A DNA stretch of 61,210 nucleotides, from the IMG/VR virus record IMGVR_UViG_3300037247_000367, positions 1 through 61,210 of that record. One strand, 5' to 3'. Within the stretch, counting starts at the first letter, position 1. The number at the start of each line of letters is the position of its first letter. Below the pieces are notes generated by a model. The model saw only the letters and a list, made by a program, of their open reading frames with translations, was not told where the DNA came from and searched no databases. Positions 57,605 to 61,210 of this stretch are shown in pieces. The stretch is from a virus. Lineage: Duplodnaviria; Caudoviricetes. Both the position numbers and the translations under genes were made by a program.

Positions 57605-58075
57605 ATGAAAACGAAAATCTTAATATTAAGTGTAAGTATGATTTTATTAACCATAATTGGTTGTACAAAAAGAAAAGGCTGTACAAGTACGTGGGCAGAT
57701 AATTATGATTCGCAGGCAGAAACCAATGATGGGTCTTGCTATAAATATGCTTGTACAAGCCCAGATGCAACAAATTATTGGGTAAAGGCAACAGATGATT
57801 GTTGTTGTAAATATGATGTACAATATCTTTTGTCTTGTTCAAGTTGCGATATAACTTATGAAAATAGTAGCGGGGGAGTTTCACAGCAAGGTAATGTAGG
57901 CAGTTCATGGTCATACTCTTTTACCGGAAATACAGGAGATTTCGTTTATATATCCGCACAAAATCAGAATGATTATGGTAGCATAACCGTTACAATAAAG
58001 CGTGGGAATACTGTTTATAAGACATCTACAAGTTCAGGGGCTTATGTTATTGCTACGGCAAGTGGGTCTATTTAA
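57605..58075 (+). CDS. Cys-rich lipoprotein with GCT...A.NY...A..DDG.C repeats
   Basis: IIG-C lipobox; two repeats; beta-rich C-terminal domain. Confidence 0.85.
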   Translation: MKTKILILSVSMILLTIIGCTKRKGCTSTWADNYDSQAETNDGSCYKYACTSPDATNYWVKATDDCCCKYDVQYLLSCSSCDITYENSSGGVSQQGNVGSSWSYSFTGNTGDFVYISAQNQNDYGSITVTIKRGNTVYKTSTSSGAYVIATASGSI

Positions 58076-58260
58076 TTTATATCTTCAATACATTTTAAAG
58101 AAGCAGCACCCAAAGTAAACAAAGAGGAATTTGACATTATTTTTGTTTGCAGAGACTTGCGTATTTTAGATATTATTGTTAAAACTCTCCTCGAAATAAC
58201 AAAAACAATACCCTTATAACCCTTTAAAATCAACACATTTGCAAATTCTACTAAAAATAA

Positions 58261-58307
58261 GCAACATTTATGTTGCACGTTAAATATATATGCAACACTT
58301 TTGTTGC
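58261..58307. promoter_or_regulatory. Two operator-like palindromes GCAACA-N4-TGTTGC at the probable early promoter
   Basis: Perfect copies at 58261-58276 and 58292-58307, 31 bp apart. Confidence 0.7.
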
Positions 58308-58356
58308 GTTAATATTTATAACGGCTGGGCGAACCCAGAAACCAAAACTTAGCATT

Positions 58357-58587
58357 ATGAAAACACAAACAGTTACGATTGGCAATTATTCGGTAGATAT
58401 TATTAAAGATGAGCATGGATACTACTTTAAAACAGCCGAAGGTGAAGATTGGTACGATGTATTAAAGGATGCAATAGTGGCTTGTAAGGCATCTATGAAG
58501 TACATTATATCGGGTAAATTTTACAAAGACATTGAGGCTGATAAAAGGTACGCCCAACAGGAAAGACACGCCTGTGGTAATTTTTAA
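58357..58587 (+). CDS. Early hypothetical protein (start 58357 preferred)
   Basis: MKTQTV... start lies downstream of the operator region. Confidence 0.55.
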   Translation: MKTQTVTIGNYSVDIIKDEHGYYFKTAEGEDWYDVLKDAIVACKASMKYIISGKFYKDIEADKRYAQQERHACGNF

Positions 58588-58594
58588 GCATCCT

Positions 58595-58672
58595 GCGAGG
58601 GTTGCTAAGTCCCAAGCGGGGAAAGGGTTGTCAGGAATGACCTGTTAATCGGAGCAACACCGAGCAACCCGC
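58595..58672 (+). ncRNA. tRNA-like cloverleaf element (not a canonical tRNA)
   Basis: GGGTTGCT/AGCAACCC closing stem; CCC-AAGC-GGG; GTCA-GGAA-TGAC; TCGG-AGCAACA-CCGA T-arm-like hairpin. Confidence 0.55.
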
Positions 58673-58702
58673 TAAACCGATCAGAATCTTAAAACCAAAA
58701 AG

Positions 58703-58867
58703 ATGACATACAAAACAAAATTAAATAAGATGCTAAGGAAATCAGGCAGGAAACGAAATTGGATTGCTGACCAGCTTAACATGCACCGGATAACATTTTG
58801 GCGCAAGGTCAATTCCGACACTTTGTCAAATATGGAAAAGAGGAAGATAGAAGCACTATTAAAATAA
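58703..58867 (+). CDS. 54-aa Cro-like HTH protein (not in ORF track)
   Basis: SGRKRNWIADQLNMHRITFWRKVN. Confidence 0.75.
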   Translation: MTYKTKLNKMLRKSGRKRNWIADQLNMHRITFWRKVNSDTLSNMEKRKIEALLK

Positions 58868-58892
58868 GGTACAAAAACCAAACCAAAACGCT

Positions 58893-59129
58893 ATGAAAAA
58901 AGAAACGCAAATAATTAGAGATGGGTTTACAGTGCGAAAAAAGAAAAAACGCAATATTAACTTCTCTTTTGAAATAGGGGGGTTAGATGCAAATTTAAAT
59001 AAGGATATGCTAAGAAATAAAAAATTAGTAATCGCCCTACAAGACGTGGCAGAAACATTGATGAAGCAATTAGATTGTGATGGGATTATATTAAACTCTA
59101 TTAAATTTCAAAGAATGTGGCAAAGATAA
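58893..59129 (+). CDS. Hypothetical protein
   Basis: A-rich leader; early region. Confidence 0.55.
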   Translation: MKKETQIIRDGFTVRKKKKRNINFSFEIGGLDANLNKDMLRNKKLVIALQDVAETLMKQLDCDGIILNSIKFQRMWQR

Positions 59130-59287
59130 TTTAACCCCTCAAACCAATAAACCATGAAAACAAAATGTGCAAGATGCGGAAAGCCCATGAAATATAATGG
59201 GGCTAAATGGTGGCTGCATGAAAAATGTAAAACCAAAGGCGAAATAAAAGTTGCTAAAAAACTAAACCAACGATTAAATCAAACACT

Positions 59288-59473
59288 ATGACACATTTAG
59301 ATTTACAGCCGAATGATAAGGTGATGTATCAGGACGGAGACGAAAAGGTACAAGCCACTGTCTTAAAAATTGACACTGATAAAGAATTGGTGTATTTCAA
59401 AGATTGGGAAGATTTTGAATGGGAAGAAAAGTTTGAAGACATACCAGAAGTAGTAAAAAGAATAATTAATTAA
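59288..59473 (+). CDS. Small acidic SH3/KOW-like protein
   Basis: LQPNDKV.Y......ATVLKID. Confidence 0.55.
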   Translation: MTHLDLQPNDKVMYQDGDEKVQATVLKIDTDKELVYFKDWEDFEWEEKFEDIPEVVKRIIN

Positions 59474-59500
59474 CCCCCACTAAAAAAACAACTAAAGACA

Positions 59501-59959
59501 ATGGCACTAAAAAAAGAAACTCGAATCAAACAAGGTTGCGAAATGATTACAGAAATTCGTACTCCAAGAAATAACATTATTAGAATTGGCGATCCTGTTA
59601 AACGTATAGAATCAAAAGAAACTGGTTACGAATTTTTTGTAAGGGGATTTTTTATTGCCACAGACGGGGATTTGTGTATGTATAAAACGAATAGGTTAGG
59701 AAAATATTGGGGAAATAGCAACAGTGTCCGTAAATATAAAAGGGTAGCAGAATGCGATGAATCCCGCAATCTTTTAGACAATGTACTTGCTAAAGCATTA
59801 AAGGCAGAGACAGATCGGGATAAATGTATAGAGGCGTTGAAAGAAATAGCGAAAGGTGAAGGACGTTACGATATGGATAAATTGAAACATGCTGAAAATA
59901 CTATTGAGGACATGAAGCAAATAGCCAATGATATAATCAATCAACCCCTACGACAATGA
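59501..59959 (+). CDS. Hypothetical protein
   Basis: A-rich leader; coupled to the next gene. Confidence 0.6.
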   Translation: MALKKETRIKQGCEMITEIRTPRNNIIRIGDPVKRIESKETGYEFFVRGFFIATDGDLCMYKTNRLGKYWGNSNSVRKYKRVAECDESRNLLDNVLAKALKAETDRDKCIEALKEIAKGEGRYDMDKLKHAENTIEDMKQIANDIINQPLRQ

Positions 59960-60219
59960 CTGATAAAGAACGAATAGGAATATTGGAGAAGGCAAAGATT
60001 AGAATTGATAAGAATGAGGATTGTTTTATTTGCCCCTCATTAGATCGTCTAATTAAATCTGATATATTTACTGATGTATTTAAAGTATTTCCCGAATTAA
60101 AAAAGTATAAGCCACTGGGTTGCCATTTACACGGTGCTTGGTTTGGCGGACAAGAGGGCAAATATATCCGCATCAAAGTATTAAACAACGTAATAGCCGA
60201 GATAAAAGCTAAACTATGA
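59956..60219 (+). CDS. Hypothetical protein
   Basis: ATGA-coupled. Confidence 0.6.
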   Translation: MTDKERIGILEKAKIRIDKNEDCFICPSLDRLIKSDIFTDVFKVFPELKKYKPLGCHLHGAWFGGQEGKYIRIKVLNNVIAEIKAKL

Positions 60220-60437
60220 CTGATATAATAGATGCCGATATATTTGACAACAGAAACTACCAACCCCGTTACGAGGCAGAGGAATCGGACGAAATTGATT
60301 GCGAATGCGAAAACGGCTTAGACAGAGACGGAAATATTTGTTATTACTGCAACGGTGAGGGCGTAGTATCTGAAAGGGAATACAAACACACAAAGGAATT
60401 AGAGCAACAGGAATTTAACGTAAATTTAGAATTATGA
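60216..60437 (+). CDS. Small acidic DnaJ-type zinc-finger protein
   Basis: CECENG ... CYYCNGEG. Confidence 0.6.
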   Translation: MTDIIDADIFDNRNYQPRYEAEESDEIDCECENGLDRDGNICYYCNGEGVVSEREYKHTKELEQQEFNVNLEL

Positions 60438-60853
60438 AAACACTTGAACTAAAACATTTAGCTCCTTATTTGCCGTATGATTTGCAGTTAATTGATAAAG
60501 AGGGGAATATTAGATATTTGAGAGCAAAAGCAGAAGGGTTTGAAGATATAAGTATTGATTATGTTGAATACTGGAAAGCAAAACCTATCCTGCGCCCTCT
60601 CTCCGACCTTATCAAGCAGCTTGAATATCGTGGAAAATTACATACATATAGCGAAATACTTGAAAAAATAAACTTAGAAGAAGTAGGCGGTTATGCTATG
60701 ATTGATTTTTCTTATTGGCTATCTTTAGCAAATACTAAAATTTTATCTGGTGGTTGTCCATATTGGATGATGGAAAAGTTCTTTGAATGGCATTTTGACG
60801 TATTTGGATTAATTCCAGCGGGTTTAGCAATAGACATCAATACAATAAAATGA
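60434..60853 (+). CDS. Conserved Bacteroidota phage hypothetical protein
   Basis: LELKHLAPYLPY, KPILRPLSDL, HFDVFGLI. Confidence 0.7.
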   Translation: MKTLELKHLAPYLPYDLQLIDKEGNIRYLRAKAEGFEDISIDYVEYWKAKPILRPLSDLIKQLEYRGKLHTYSEILEKINLEEVGGYAMIDFSYWLSLANTKILSGGCPYWMMEKFFEWHFDVFGLIPAGLAIDINTIK

Positions 60854-60968
60854 AATTTACCCAACTATACAAAGAGATAGAAAGAATGGGAATACCGATC
60901 AATTCCCGCAACTTTCGGGTATTAATCGAAAATTATAAACTGAAACAAAAACTAATCTCACTATCAAA

Positions 60969-61210
60969 ATGAAAACAAAAAAGAGTTTTAAACTGACAGC
61001 CGAAACAAAAATTAATTTATTTGGCATTAAATTATTTCGCATTCAAGCAACCGTTTCTTTTGGAACAATTAAAAAAGGAGATTTAGGAGGATGGGTCTCT
61101 GGCGATGCGTGGGTCTCTGGCGATGCGTGGGTCTATGGCGATGCGGAGGTCTATGGCAATGCGAGGGTCTATGGCGATGCGAGGGTCTATGGCGATGCGA
61201 GGGTCTATGG
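60969..61210 (+). CDS. N-terminal part of the hexapeptide-repeat protein that continues at base 1
   Basis: MKTKKSFKLTAETKINLFGIKLFRIQATVSFGTIKKGDLGGWVSGDAW..., in frame with position 1. Confidence 0.9.
   Translation, partial: MKTKKSFKLTAETKINLFGIKLFRIQATVSFGTIKKGDLGGWVSGDAWVSGDAWVYGDAEVYGNARVYGDARVYGDARVY
61068..61193. repeat. Terminal direct repeat, copy 2
   Basis: Identical to 1-126. Confidence 0.95.

Noticed and set aside
58595-58672. Canonical tRNA gene
   Set aside because: No 7-nt anticodon loop, no GTTC T-loop and no CCA. Kept only as a tRNA-like element.
1-61210. Stop-codon reassignment
   Set aside because: Genes are full-length and densely packed under code 11, with TAA, TGA and TAG all used as stops.

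Overview
The window looks like a complete, circularly permuted ~61 kb tailed phage genome (siphovirus-like). Bases 1-126 recur exactly at 61068-61193, and one ORF reads through the junction. TAnnTTTG promoters, a DUF5606-like gene, Bacteroidota-type lipoproteins and an IS1380-type transposase point to a Bacteroidota host. Almost all genes are on the + strand, in this order: early/recombination/replication genes (PD-(D/E)XK nuclease, replisome organiser, SF4 helicase, NinB/NinG-like, SpoU methylase); terminase; tail chaperone with a -1 frameshift; a ~19 kb glycan-building cluster (about 9 glycosyltransferase-like genes, 6 methyltransferases, sulfotransferase, GDP-mannose 3',5'-epimerase, SDR, split transketolase-like enzyme, radical SAM, DegT aminotransferase); tail, head and portal genes; a solo TnpB; lysis genes; an accessory region. 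I found no tyrosine or serine integrase. An intact IS1380-family DDE transposase without recognisable ends sits where the lysogeny module normally lies. The best candidates for new biology are the late, soluble glycosylation pathway (likely a virion glycan coat), the possibly domesticated transposase, several unexplained structured RNA/DNA elements, and two repeat genes whose units vary only non-synonymously. All product calls come from reading motifs by eye; no database searches were run.
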